DNA of 57,463 nt, the filler included, from Sphacelaria rigidula (taxonomy: Eukaryota), in NCBI GenBank assembly GCA_964200075.2. It is 6 parts of 6 records of this genome, joined end to end, with 100 filler letters (N's around TTAATTAATTAA, not from the genome) between each part and the next. Parts side by side here need not be neighbours in the genome. Positions count along the whole stretch, not along the records: positions 9,596 to 19,089 come from CAXNAA020008358.1; positions 19,190 to 28,683 come from CAXNAA020008359.1; 4 more parts are not named here. One strand, given 5' to 3'. Below are positions 10,159-21,293 of this stretch, piece after piece. The first letter of the stretch is position 1, and the number at the start of each line of letters is the position of its first letter. A program made the translations under genes and the position numbers. Under the pieces are notes generated by a model. It was not told where the DNA came from, did not search any database, and saw only the letters and a program-made list of their open reading frames with translations.

Positions 10159-13140
10159 GACTGTAGCGTTTTATGGCCGAAATGCAGAAGATCACGCGAC
10201 CAGCAAAGAAACAGAGAAAAAAAGATAATTTATGGGCATTCGAAATTTCAGCAAAAACAAGATATTGCAATAAGTCCAGGAAAAAAGGAGAATCTAGAGT
10301 TGGACACGTGAAGTATCAGTTCCTTGAGTGCAGAAGGTCTTCCTGAAATTTCAGCCCAAGAGTCGTCGAATTGGGCCGCGCGTTCAACATTTTTCGTGGC
10401 GCTGCTGCACCCCTACAAATCAAGTGATGTCAGACTCCACTTACGAAGGTCATGAGTTCGAATTCCGACAGACTCCCCCTTTTTCCGTCTGTCGCTCAGG
10501 TCATACATTTTGCAGTACATTTGTTTCATTTTTTTTTCATTCACCGGCGGTGCCGTGTGCCACCAGGTTGGTCTAAACTTGACAGTGATATTCTTACATC
10601 GGGTTCATTCGGGAAACTGGGGAAGCTGTGGTGTGCGTAAGTTTCAGCAGCTATTAAGCTGGTCCAGCTCGTAGATGATGAACATGCGCTGACCCCGTGA
10701 CAATCGCAACGTCGTTCAGGATCAGCACGCACTTTTGGCCACGTCAAGAGCATGTTCGAAAGCAGGGTGAGTGCGAACACGGGCGGCTATTACGCTCCCT
10801 TTCTTTGACCTCAAATGAACGTGGCTTGTGTAGCCAAGCGAACAGCTCGGATTGCTACAGCCCAGACAGAAGTCCGCCCCTGACACAACGGCCTCCTCCA
10901 CAATGGTTGTTCGACCGTGCCCACAACGAATGGAAATCAAAACATACTCGTACTCACGTGTTGACTTGTAGCACAATATGAAGGGCGGCCAGGAGCAGAT
11001 GGACGGAAGTGTTGATGAGCAGTCCGCCGAACTTGTGCCAACAAAATATGCAGTCTACCACAATATCAGAAAGTGAACAAATGTTCGTAGCGAGAGCACG
11101 CAGAAATTTATTTAGTGAATACACGCGAGCAGTGTATTGCAGTGTCTGTCACGATATCGCAATCACCCATCATGGGAGAACCAGCAAGCTCACACTTAAA
11201 CGAGAGCCAGACCTGTGGTTAATCCTTGGATGAAGCATGATACCGTGAACTGTCGTCGTATTTTTTCTAGTTGGTGGCGGTTGTGTAGCTGCCGTTATTC
11301 ACATGCACCCTGATTTTCTCTTGACCTACGATTTGCGCATACATATGTGTATAACCTCCGAAAAAACAGTTGCTTCGTCCATCAAGCAATCAAAATATCG
11401 TACACCTATGCGCGAACAGGACCAACACATGACACGTAGAGCTAGTTGGCACACGTCGATGTGTTCATGCCATCCCCAACCGTGTACTTGACCTGCAGCC
11501 GTGGTGACGTGTTCCCCAATCGACGACTTACAAGAGCAGTGAAAAGGGTCTTGATGACTTCACGAGCCAAAGCGAGCCCTGTTTCAGTACAATTGAGAAC
11601 ATCCCATTTGTGTTTTGAACTCACACTCAGTAAGGTACTCCGCGCCCCGTTTAGCGCGTTGCAAAGCAGGGCATGGAATTTGAATACGACCATTTTTTGT
11701 TTCGGAGGGACGCAAAATGAAGGGCATAACTCACAGTAAGCCGAAACGAAAAGGAAGATGGCAGCGTAGTTGAGTACGAGCTCGCTGGTGAGGTCGACCT
11801 TATCTCCGAACCGACGAATTTTCACCGACAATGCGCTCAATGCCACGATCTGTTCCAGTACAAGTAAAGGTGGTGTGGCAGGGGCTAGAACGCTCAGTAT
11901 CAGACGCAACTGCAAACACATTCACTACAGGTATGGCGACACATTGGCGCCGTTGGTGGAAGCTTGGAGCAAAATCTACGTTATAACAATGATACGAATT
12001 GTGCCCTACATGGTGTTTGACATCATACGTTGGGACACAAACCATTTATATATATCACAACTTGGACAATATATGGTCAACAGTTGCAATAGACAATAAA
12101 CGTACTGCATAAAGTATAGGCCTATTGCGACTAATATCGGCCGGCAATAGTTGCAATAGGCCTATACTTCATGCAGTACACTTCTCGTCTATTGCATCTA
12201 TTGNNNNNNNNNNTATATATATATTCATGCTTGAAGCTTCGGAGTTCTCTTCTATACAGATAATTTTGCAAACGTTGACGCGCACATGCTGGTATGCCTA
12301 CCATTCGTGCCTAAATTCAGGGTCCACCTCAGGATAGGCATGTTCTCTATGTTTCTTGAGCATTGACAAATACGCGAGTGACTGGACTCTTAGATAAACA
12401 ATAAAGAATGAGCACAACTTTGAGTGAATTAACTGTTGAATGTGAACTTCGAGCCCATTGCTTCACCGTAGCTGTGCAAACTCACCTGGATCCCAGCAAA
12501 GGGCACCCAAAACGTGACCTCTTGCTGTAGGAAGCACGTCGTCGCAGAGTCCTTGCCGACATTTCTGAAACATTGAGAGAATACGGTGAGGACACGTACG
12601 ACGAACAGGTGCACAACTGAGCGTAGCTAATATTGGAGCAAAACGGTGTCATCAATATGCAAAGAGAAGAGCCGTGTCATCACAACGGTAACGCCTTCTG
12701 ATTGCACGATTGTATGCTTGCAAATCATTTTTGACTGTTTCGCTCGAACCGACCTGCCGTCATTGTTGCATAAACGCCCCTCACCCTTTTCATGCCATAT
12801 ACGCGACCTGAAAAAAAACACCTCATACCAGTTTACCGCAGGAAAAGTACAAACTCGCGCAGCAAGTGCGATCGAGGGGAAGCACGACGTACGCAGACAT
12901 CGTTATTCAGCAAACGTCCTGCCATCCAGAGGGCATGATATGACGATGCCCGCCCACTTGGAGGTCGGCATCGCGACAATCATGAACAAAATATGGCACA
13001 ATTCCTACTTCACCTGTAGTGATCTGTCCCGACCGAAATCACGGCTATTGCAATGAGCATGGGTATCGAGTTCTGGATATACCAAAAGATCACGCCGCGA
13101 GTGCTTAGCATCCAGCTCATCTTCTTCCGGAGTTCTGCAT
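10159..13140 (+). pseudogene. Degenerate multi-exon coding sequence of unidentified repeat (copy 2), possibly a transposase
   Basis: ...VALLHPYKSSDVRLH|RCRVPPGWSKLDSDILTSGSFGKLGKLW..IKLVQLVDDEHAL..ESR|GTGAGT donor, then KSAPDTT..., YCSVCH..REPDL..., with scattered stops. Well supported only for 10400-10770; the downstream extent is tentative. Confidence 0.45.
12085..12196. repeat. Imperfect palindrome (hairpin) of CAATAG/CTATTG-type element
   Basis: TGCAATAGAC..GTACTGCATAAAGTATAGGCCTATTGC / GCAATAGGCCTATACTTCATGCAGTAC..GTCTATTGCA. Confidence 0.8.
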
Positions 13141-13362
13141 GGCATAAAATTCGTTCAAGATCAGCCGGGGGGCGGGCGGGAGCTTCTGTGCATGCTCCTA
13201 GAAGTTAAGTCAAGAGTGAAGCTCCTGAAATAATTTGCTCGTTCTCAGTCCATATGTATATATATATCAAAGATGCTCCCCGTATGATCCGTACCAGTGT
13301 TGCCCGTATGAATCTCTGTACTGGTCCGAATCCGTACGCCACCCGTAATTCTTCATCTCATA

Positions 13363-13772
13363 CTACTGGCGGATACTGGGGATACTGGGTTTTTTGCAGC
13401 CTGATACTGGCGGATACCGGTAATACCGGGTATTTCGCCGCCTCATACTGGCGGAAACTGGCGATACTGGGTATTTCGCCGCGTTGTACTGGCGGATACT
13501 GGCGATACTGGGTATTTCGCCGCCTTGCATGTACTGGCGGATACTGGGGATACTGAGTGTTTTGCCGCCTCGTACTGGAAGATACTGGCGATATTGGGTA
13601 TTTCGCCGCCTCATACTGGCGGGTACTGGCGATACTAGGCATTTCAGCGTCTCATACTGGTGCACACTTGCGATACTGCGTATTTTGGAGGGTGACACTA
13701 GCGGATACTGGCGATACTGCGTATATATATTTCATTGCTCAGACTGGTTCATATTGGCGGATACCGGGTACA
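13363..13772. repeat. Minisatellite, ~41-bp unit built from ATACTGG sub-repeats, ~9 copies
   Basis: Consensus ATACTGGCGGATACTGGCGATACTGGGTATTTCGCCGCCTC. Confidence 0.9.
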
Positions 13773-13963
13773 GTATGTTCGTGATAGCTGCTGCAGTATC
13801 GTATATTTGAGATTTGCGAAGAACATTCGCGGTCCTTTCTGTTGGTTATGCAGGAATGCTCTTTGTGGATACTGCATTAGTCCGAGCATCATGGTATTTG
13901 TGGTTCGGGGAACAACCCGGGGTTTTTGTGGTACGTAAGGAAGTACGTTGATCCGAGTTCCAT

Positions 13964-16900
13964 TGCTGGAACCATGTGGTTTCCAGAGTCTCTGGGATGT
14001 AGATGACGCGAACTAGCCTACCTTGCTCACTCCACTTTCCTGACCCGTCTCTTTGGACCAAGGTCTCAAGAATACAACAATACGTATTTTTTCTCCAGAA
14101 GTCACGAGTTTACCAACACGCTATAGCGCATCAGTCAACTGCTATCGTCCCCCCTGGACTGTGCATGAGACTGTCGAGGGAGGCTTGATCAACCTGCCTC
14201 ATCATGGCTGAACCGGGGAACAAAGATCCTGCGGTTGACCCAGCTGAGGGTGGATCGCAGGAAGTTGGTGAGAAGATTTGTTCTATAGAGACACAGTTGT
14301 TTCAACCTATGACTCTAGTATCGTCGCTAGTTGAGCAACAGGGAGATAAAGTGGGGTCCTCTGGTTTTGTAGCTGTCGCGCCGGGAGGCAGTGGGCCAGA
14401 GACTAGTATGCATTTTTCTGACGATGCTACTGGTGGAACCGCGGGAAGTACGGGTGGCGATGCCCAAGGCTTAGGCGTGTCCAGCATGTGGGTTGGGAGT
14501 AGTGGTCTTGCAGACTCAGGCTTGAGCCTCATGCATCTACTGTAATTCGGCACTGGTGGGACCGTGGGAGGTATGGGTGGCGATGCCCAAGGCTTAGGCG
14601 TGTCCAGCATGTGGGTTGGGAGTAGTAGCCTTGCAGGCTCAGGCTTGAATCCACATGTATCTTCTTTAAATCGTTCCTCTGCTGCTGCAGTAAACTTTGG
14701 TTCGATCGGGACTGTAGGTGGGGCTTTAGGTCAATCCTCTGTTCCGCCCGCTCCTTCTCCGTCGAGTAAGTGGTGGGAAAACGTAGCCAATGGAAACACT
14801 CTGATTCCTGGGGCTGACATTTCTGACACAGGAGAGAAGTTGGGTCTTTTTTTAAGTTCTCAATGCTCCTGTTTTTGACGGCAACGACGTGTCGTATCCC
14901 TCATGGTCGCATTACTTTCTGTTGAGTGCCCGACACAACAATCTGTATGAGGCGTTTGTTTCTGAAGCTGATATTCCGATTGCAGACATTGATTTCGACT
15001 TACCAACATGATACTGTTGTTGAAATTTGATACAGCCAGTAATCTAGCTGCTTGTTTCGTTCTGGGTTTTGACTGTAGCAAAATAGCGGTGCAATAGATT
15101 CCGGTTTATTAAGGGCCCCACTAATGACCCTGGGTGCAGTACCGTTTCATATGGATCTTTGATGGTAGATATCTTGAAGTCAAGAAAGATGACAGAGAGG
15201 TGTGCAACCTGATGCTTGAGGGACTGTCGCACGAGTACAAGACTTTGCGTGAAACTCTTGTGGTGTTCTATCCGAATGACCCATCGTTCATAGAGGGAAG
15301 GGTCACTTGAGGATGGACTGCCCGGCTCGCGTGATCGCTAATCCTACCCAGATCAGAAAATCCGAGGATGCCGAGGATGAGAACGGTGAGAGGTCTAGTT
15401 TGGTGCTGCTCTCTCTCAAACCAGCTTGAACAACTCGAGTGATCTGACGTGTCTGGTAGCATTTTACGATGCCATGCTGCGTGAGTGCTTGTACAGTGAT
15501 GGTGCTGTTCGTGAATTCTTTTCTCTTGTAAGAAAGGATAGATGTGTCGAAGATTGGTATGTAGACACGGGTACTGCTTTCCACATGACTGATTCTCTCT
15601 CTTGTATGAAGGATGTAAAGCCTTGCCACAAGAACGTAAAAGGGATTGGTGGCGTGACTTGTGAGGTTGCACTCTCTGGAACACTGGTGATGGTGTTTGT
15701 GACTGCTGACAGCAAATTTTCCGCAGAGTTGGAGGACGTGTTGTACTCTCCCAACTTAGGGTATAACCTCTTTTCTCCCAGCTCAGAGTTTGATGGCAAG
15801 TCATGGATTGGTCTTGGTGACCCTGATGGTGTGATGACTGCTTACGACGAACATGTTACTTTTCAGAACTTCGATGGTATGCCACTTGCGACTGCGTATC
15901 GTCTGGGAGATGACTCTGTTGGTTCGGTGTTGGCTGCCCTCACTCCTTCAAACCCCAAGCATGAAAAGAAGATGGGTGTGAACGAGTTCTATAACATTTA
16001 TGCTTATGCACACGAGGGATTACTTCGTACTACTGTAAAACGACTAGGCACCGAGTTGACCGGTGACATGCATCCTTGTAGGGGATGTTCGATGTCGTAG
16101 GAAATGAATTGCTGATGAAAGTAAACGTAGATCGGATACAAAGTTGGGCAGAGTTTTTGTTGACCTGGGAGGGAGGACGGACGTTGCGTCCGTAAGGGGT
16201 AAACATTACCCCATGATTGTGAAGGATGATTTCACAAGGCGTACATGGATGTATTTCCTGAGAAGTAAATCAGACCCTGGGAGAACTTTCCGAAGTTTTC
16301 TTGCTAGTGTGCGTGCTGATGGAATCCCATCATTGGTTGAGATTGCTAGACCTGACAATGGAGGGGAGTTTTTCGGGGGGGAGTTTGCATCCGTATGCAA
16401 TGAGCGTTTGTTCAAACAAGAGTTCACTCTGGCTTGCAGTCCCCAATATAACGGTATTGCAGAGCGTAGATTGGGATTAATTGAGGAGGCCGCTATGGCG
16501 GCTCGTATTCAGGCGAGAGTTCTGTTTGGGCATGTGCAGTTACCTAAGACTGACAGACTCTGGGCTGAGGCAATGCACTGGGTTTGCGAAGCACTTGACC
16601 GCACAGCGTGCTCTGCTAACCCTGGCTCTAAGTCTCCGAATGAGATGTGGTATGGAGAACCTCGTTCTGCTAGACCGTATCCGTTTTTGAAGCCGGTTTA
16701 CTGCAAGTGGCAGCGACCGTCTAAGCTTCTACCGAAAGGTGAGAGTTGCTTTTATGTCGGTCCGTCGAGACACCACCCGCGTGATTGTCATAGAGTACTT
16801 ACGAGGGCTAGGACTATTCAGGAAACGAGAGATGTGACGTGGGAGGCGTTGCCGTCACAACTCCCTCCACCGCAACCTCCTCTGCCGATTGAGATCGCGG

Positions 16901-19089
16901 GAGAGGGAGGGGAGGAAAGTGACGGCGATGTAGAAGCTGAAGTATGGCCGCTTGCAGGAAGGGGGATTCAACACATTCGTATTCGTGTGAATCGTGATGC
17001 AGTGTTACTCTATATTGCAGCATTCGATGAGGTTGGCAGTGTTGATGCAGGCAGTGCAGGCCAGTTCACTTCTGTTCCATCTTCCCCCTCTGTACCGTCT
17101 TCGCCCGTGAACAACTCCTCTAGTAGAGCGGCTCCCTCTGTGTCTTCTCCAGCACTTGAGATAGACGGGGGGGGGCAGGGAGAGCAGGAGACATGGGAAG
17201 TAGAGACGGCGGATCCGGGAGGGGATGATGAGGTTAAGTCGATTCGGCCGGGAGAGCAGGAAGTAGAGGCGAAGGTACCTCCTCCAGCCGCTCGTCGTCC
17301 ACGACATGTCGCTTGCTAATTTTAATACTGATGTGCGTGAGAATGACGAAGTAAGAGCAAGCAGAACTCGTGCGCAAACTCGTTCAGAATGTTGAGACAA
17401 AGCCTGGTAGCTATCAAGGAGCTCGGCAATCGAAGCACGCAAAGATTTGGGATGGAGCCATGTCTGCAGAAGTTGAAGGCTTGAGAAGAGCAGGAACGTT
17501 CACGTTAGCAGTAAAGATCCCAGTAGGCTGTAATGTGATTGATGCTAGATAGGTTTTCAAATAGAAAGCAGACGAAGCACGGAAGATAGTGAAGACCAAG
17601 GCTAGGCTTGTAGCGAAGGGCGTCAAGCCGAAGTATGGTGTGGACTATCTTGAAACGCCTTCGACGGAAGATAGTGAAGACCAAGGCCAGGCTTGTAGCG
17701 AAGGGCTTCAAGCAGAAGTATGGTGTGAACTATCTTGAAACTTCTTCGGCAGAAGATGGTAAAGGCCAAGGCTAGGCTTGTAGCGAAGGGCTTCAAGCAG
17801 AAGTATGGTGTGGACTATCTTAAAACTTCCTCGCCTACTGCAAATGCTGCATCGATGGGATTGCTAGTAGCGTTGGCGTGCAAGTACAACTTGGAATTAC
17901 TCCACTGGGATATTGAGCAAGCGTTTGTTCAGTCGGAATTGGATCACGAGGTGTTCATGAAGTTGCCTCCTGGCTGCGGTTCGATGTCAGGAAAGGTTGT
18001 CCGTTTGAACAAGAATTTGTACGGATTGATACAGGCATCTAGAACATTTTACAAGAGGCTAGTGTCGGACCCGAAAAGGATTGGTTTCCAGCAGTCTCTG
18101 TCTGACCCCTATGTCCTGCGTTTCATGATGGGAGACGAGGTGGTGGGTATGGTCGTGATTCACGTGGATGACATTCTGTATGCAGGAACTCAAAGTCTTA
18201 CCAAGGTGGTAGTGAAATCGCTAGGCGACTCTCTTCCTACGAAGAATTTGGGTGAGGTCAAGTTCTTTCTTGGTTGCGCATTTATTCGCCCCCGCGAGGC
18301 TGGCACGATTGAGATTTCTCAAAAAAGTAGGAGTGTTCTCGAGGGATTTAATATTTGTCGCACCGGCTCGATCCCTGCTTCCCTTGCCAACGATAACAGG
18401 TCCTTGATGGAGGATGAGGGGGCAGGAGATGTGCCGTTCCGAGAGGTGATGGGGAGCCTGATGTGGATCGCCAACCAGACAAGGCCCGACATCTCGAATG
18501 CTGTGCGGACGGTGGCGAGGCACTCTCACGAGCCAAAGAAGAGCCACTGGCAGGCAGCCCAGAACAATCTGAATTATCTTCTGGAAACGGCACATCTAAC
18601 TTTGAATTTCAAGCAGGACAGTACGGAAGACGTAGTCACGTTGGTGTACGTAGATGCCGACTTTGCAAGTAAGGCCACTGACCGTAGATCAGTTTCGGGA
18701 GCGTTGGTTTTTGTTGCTGCCATGCTTGTAGTTTGGATTTCTAGGACGCAGACATGCGTTTCACAGTCGACTTCTAAAGCAGAGTATCTTGCGATGGGTG
18801 ATGGTGTGAACGAGGCTTTGTTTGTGAACGGAATGCTTCAGTTCTTGAGGCCTAGTGTAAAGCCTCGTAAGATTGAAGTACTTGAGGACAACGAGGGTGC
18901 GATTGCGCTTGCAGAGAATCCGCTTGGCTCGTGCAGGAGTAAGCACATTGATGTGAGGCACCACTTTCCTAGGAAGTTGACCGAGGAGGGTGTGATCGAC
19001 ATCACGCATGTTCCCAGCGGAAAACAACATGCGGACATCCTCACGAAGGCTCTGCCGAAAGATCTTTTTGAAGTTCACCGCGTCTTTGC
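13964..19089 (+). mobile_element. Decayed Ty1/Copia retrotransposon 1 (putative 5' LTR 13964-14118, gag, PR, GAG-pre-IN, IN, RT, RNase H); 3' end cut by spacer
   Basis: WYVDTGTAFHMT (PR); H..LL..CRGC; VFVDLGG..DDFTR..DNGGEF..NGIAER (IN); KARLVAKG, DIEQAF, HVDDIL (RT); YVDADFA..SKHIDVRHH (RNase H). Order PR-IN-RT-RH; many stops and frameshifts. Confidence 0.96.
17581..17833 (+). repeat. Three tandem 85-bp copies of the KARLVAKG-encoding RT segment
   Basis: Units start at 17581, 17666 and 17751. Confidence 0.92.
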
Positions 19090-19189
19090 NNNNNNNNNNN
19101 NNNNNNNNNNNNNNNNNNNNNNNNNNNNNNNNNTTAATTAATTAANNNNNNNNNNNNNNNNNNNNNNNNNNNNNNNNNNNNNNNNNNNN

Positions 19190-20783
19190 TTGGCCACCAT
19201 CTATCTCCTAGTACAGCGATCGTTTTCTCCCTACTGTCTAATGCATCAAACAATTTCATGCTATCTGGAAGTCAGCAGGGGCAGACGAAATGATGAATGA
19301 ATTGACGAAGTACGGGGGAGAGGGGATGGTTACCATGTTGATTATGCTGTATAATTGGATATTGGAAAACGAGTATATGCCCAAGAAGTGGAAAGGAGTG
19401 GTGGTCGAAGACAGGCAGGGTTTAGACCGAGCCGTGGCTGCGTATACCATATGTACACATTGGGTGAGATTGTTCAAGGTAGGAAAGACGCCGCGCTAGA
19501 CAACGTACTGTTTCTTTTACACATACAAAAGACCCATGACACAGTATGGAGAAATACCGTGTGGGAAAAGATGTAGGGAACTAGGATCAGAGGAAAGATG
19601 TGGAGAGCGGTGAAAAAAATTACAAAATGAGCCAAAAATGCTATGATGCCAGACGGGGAAATAACTTAATACGTCGATACTTGACAAGGACTTGCACATG
19701 GGTGTGCGTTGTCACCTACTTTATTCAAGGTATGTATTAACGACATGACGGTAGCAATAAGAGCAGCGAAGCAAGGGGTCAGGGTGGGGGAAGATGCGGT
19801 ATCAGGATTGATGTTCGCGCATGATTTCGGGGAGATAGCAGAAACACCAGAAGGGCCACAAAAACAAATAGAGAAGGCGCTAGAATATACTATGAAATGG
19901 AGAGGGACAGCGAACGTTAACAAATGTGCGGTACTTGTATGTAACGAAGATAAGAAGAACCCGGTAGCGTTCAAACGGAAGTGGGGAGAAAATAAGTTGC
20001 CGATCGTAGACCAGTATACATTCCTTGGCGGAGATATTTCGAAAACGTGTTGCCGGGATGCACACACAGATAAAGTAATAGCCAAGGGTAAGGCGCAGAT
20101 AGGCAAGATGAACGTGACCCTCAGAGACTCGCACCTAAATACTAGGATTAAGGTGTGTATTCTGAATGCGATTGTATCGAAGCTAGAAAATGCGGAAGCA
20201 TGGGAAGGGAACGCGACGTTGGTAGAGCATCTGGAACCAATACAGGTGACAGCCGCGAAAACAATTCTTGGAAGCTCAAAACGACGAATAATATAGTATT
20301 GAGAGCAGAATTGAGAATATATCCTCTTGAATTAAATTGAGACTGAGAAAATAGTCATGGCAATATAACGTAAGGAACATGCCGAGAGAGAGGTTGCCAG
20401 CCATAGTTGAGAGAGCTGCAGGGAAGAAAGTAAGGGACAGATAGGTCGGGAAAAGGTGGGATAGCGGAGTCGAGAAAGTATGGAAAGATACAGGACAACT
20501 ATTACGGGTACAAGACAAAAGTAAGACGCATGTTGGAAACGAGGAAAAACAAGCGCTACAACGGAAAGTGGACGAGAAAGGATACCTGAAGATATAGGGG
20601 AGTTGAGAGAGGGGGGATAGGGATAAAAACATATGTGCATGGCCCAATGGACTACGAAAAACGTTGAAGATGCGAATCCGGGTGGGGGACCTGGACCTCC
20701 CAGAAAGTAGAACCAGGTAAACCAGTAGTGGGATGGAAAAAGAAGGAAATGCACAGAATTCCCCCAGCGGCGAAGCAACATAG
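19190..20783 (+). mobile_element. Decayed non-LTR retrotransposon (LINE family A) RT and C-terminal region
   Basis: KSAGADEM..E..KYGG, QAGFRPSRGC, K.HDTVWR, G..HGCALSPTLF, LMFAHDF (FADD), Y.FLG; frameshifted. Confidence 0.9.
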
Positions 20784-20789
20784 AGTATA

Positions 20790-21268
20790 ACTTATATAAT
20801 GGGACTGGATGCGCAAATGTCCGCAAACGCCGATTTCATCGATTTCCGCACTGTCGGCCCTCGCGCAAATGCTTCACTTCCGCCACCCGCGACAACCCTT
20901 CCCGCGCCCCGCGCCCCGCGCCCCGCCGCCACCGACAACACCTACTGCTCCCACGAGCAGCGTAGCACCGGCTCCCCGCAACAGCGCACCACGAGCCTTG
21001 ACAACACCCGCCACACGCAATTCTCACAACAAGCACCGAGCTCGCTCTCCGGCGCGCACTACTTCGACAACGCCGCCCTCCGCGGCACCGTCAGTGCCCA
21101 CCCTCTCTGATGATCCCGATGTACATATCGACGTTGGCACCTCCGCCCCATCGCCTGTTCCACCGCTTCCTGAGCCACCATGTCTGGTCGGCTCTGCGAC
21201 GGAAGGCCGACTGCGCGAGTTCCTCGCCAGTACCTCCCGCCGTGATTTGGCTCGTGAAAAACAAGCAT
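20790..21268 (+). mobile_element. Probable Gypsy pol fragment (RNase H-integrase linker)
   Basis: Pro/Thr-rich linker ending GRLREFLASTSRRDLAREKQA. Same strand as the Gypsy integrase resuming at 25586, and the junction carries a copy of that element's sequence. Confidence 0.45.
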
Positions 21269-21293
21269 CTCGGTCAACGCTGCTACCTGTCTA

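Noticed and set aside
11442..12630. Minus-strand hydrophobic ORFs suggesting a membrane protein
   Set aside because: Synonymous-change evidence upstream favours the + strand for this repeat; no family motifs, probably antisense shadow frames.
13254..13810. ORFs with repeated YWRILAILG; CRISPR-like appearance
   Set aside because: Translations of a 41-bp minisatellite; no unique spacers and no cas genes.
17545..17565. Repeated Trp-to-stop changes in TE relics as evidence of RIP/APOBEC-like hypermutation
   Set aside because: TGG is one transition from a stop, so this is expected under neutral decay; cannot be tested without consensus alignments.
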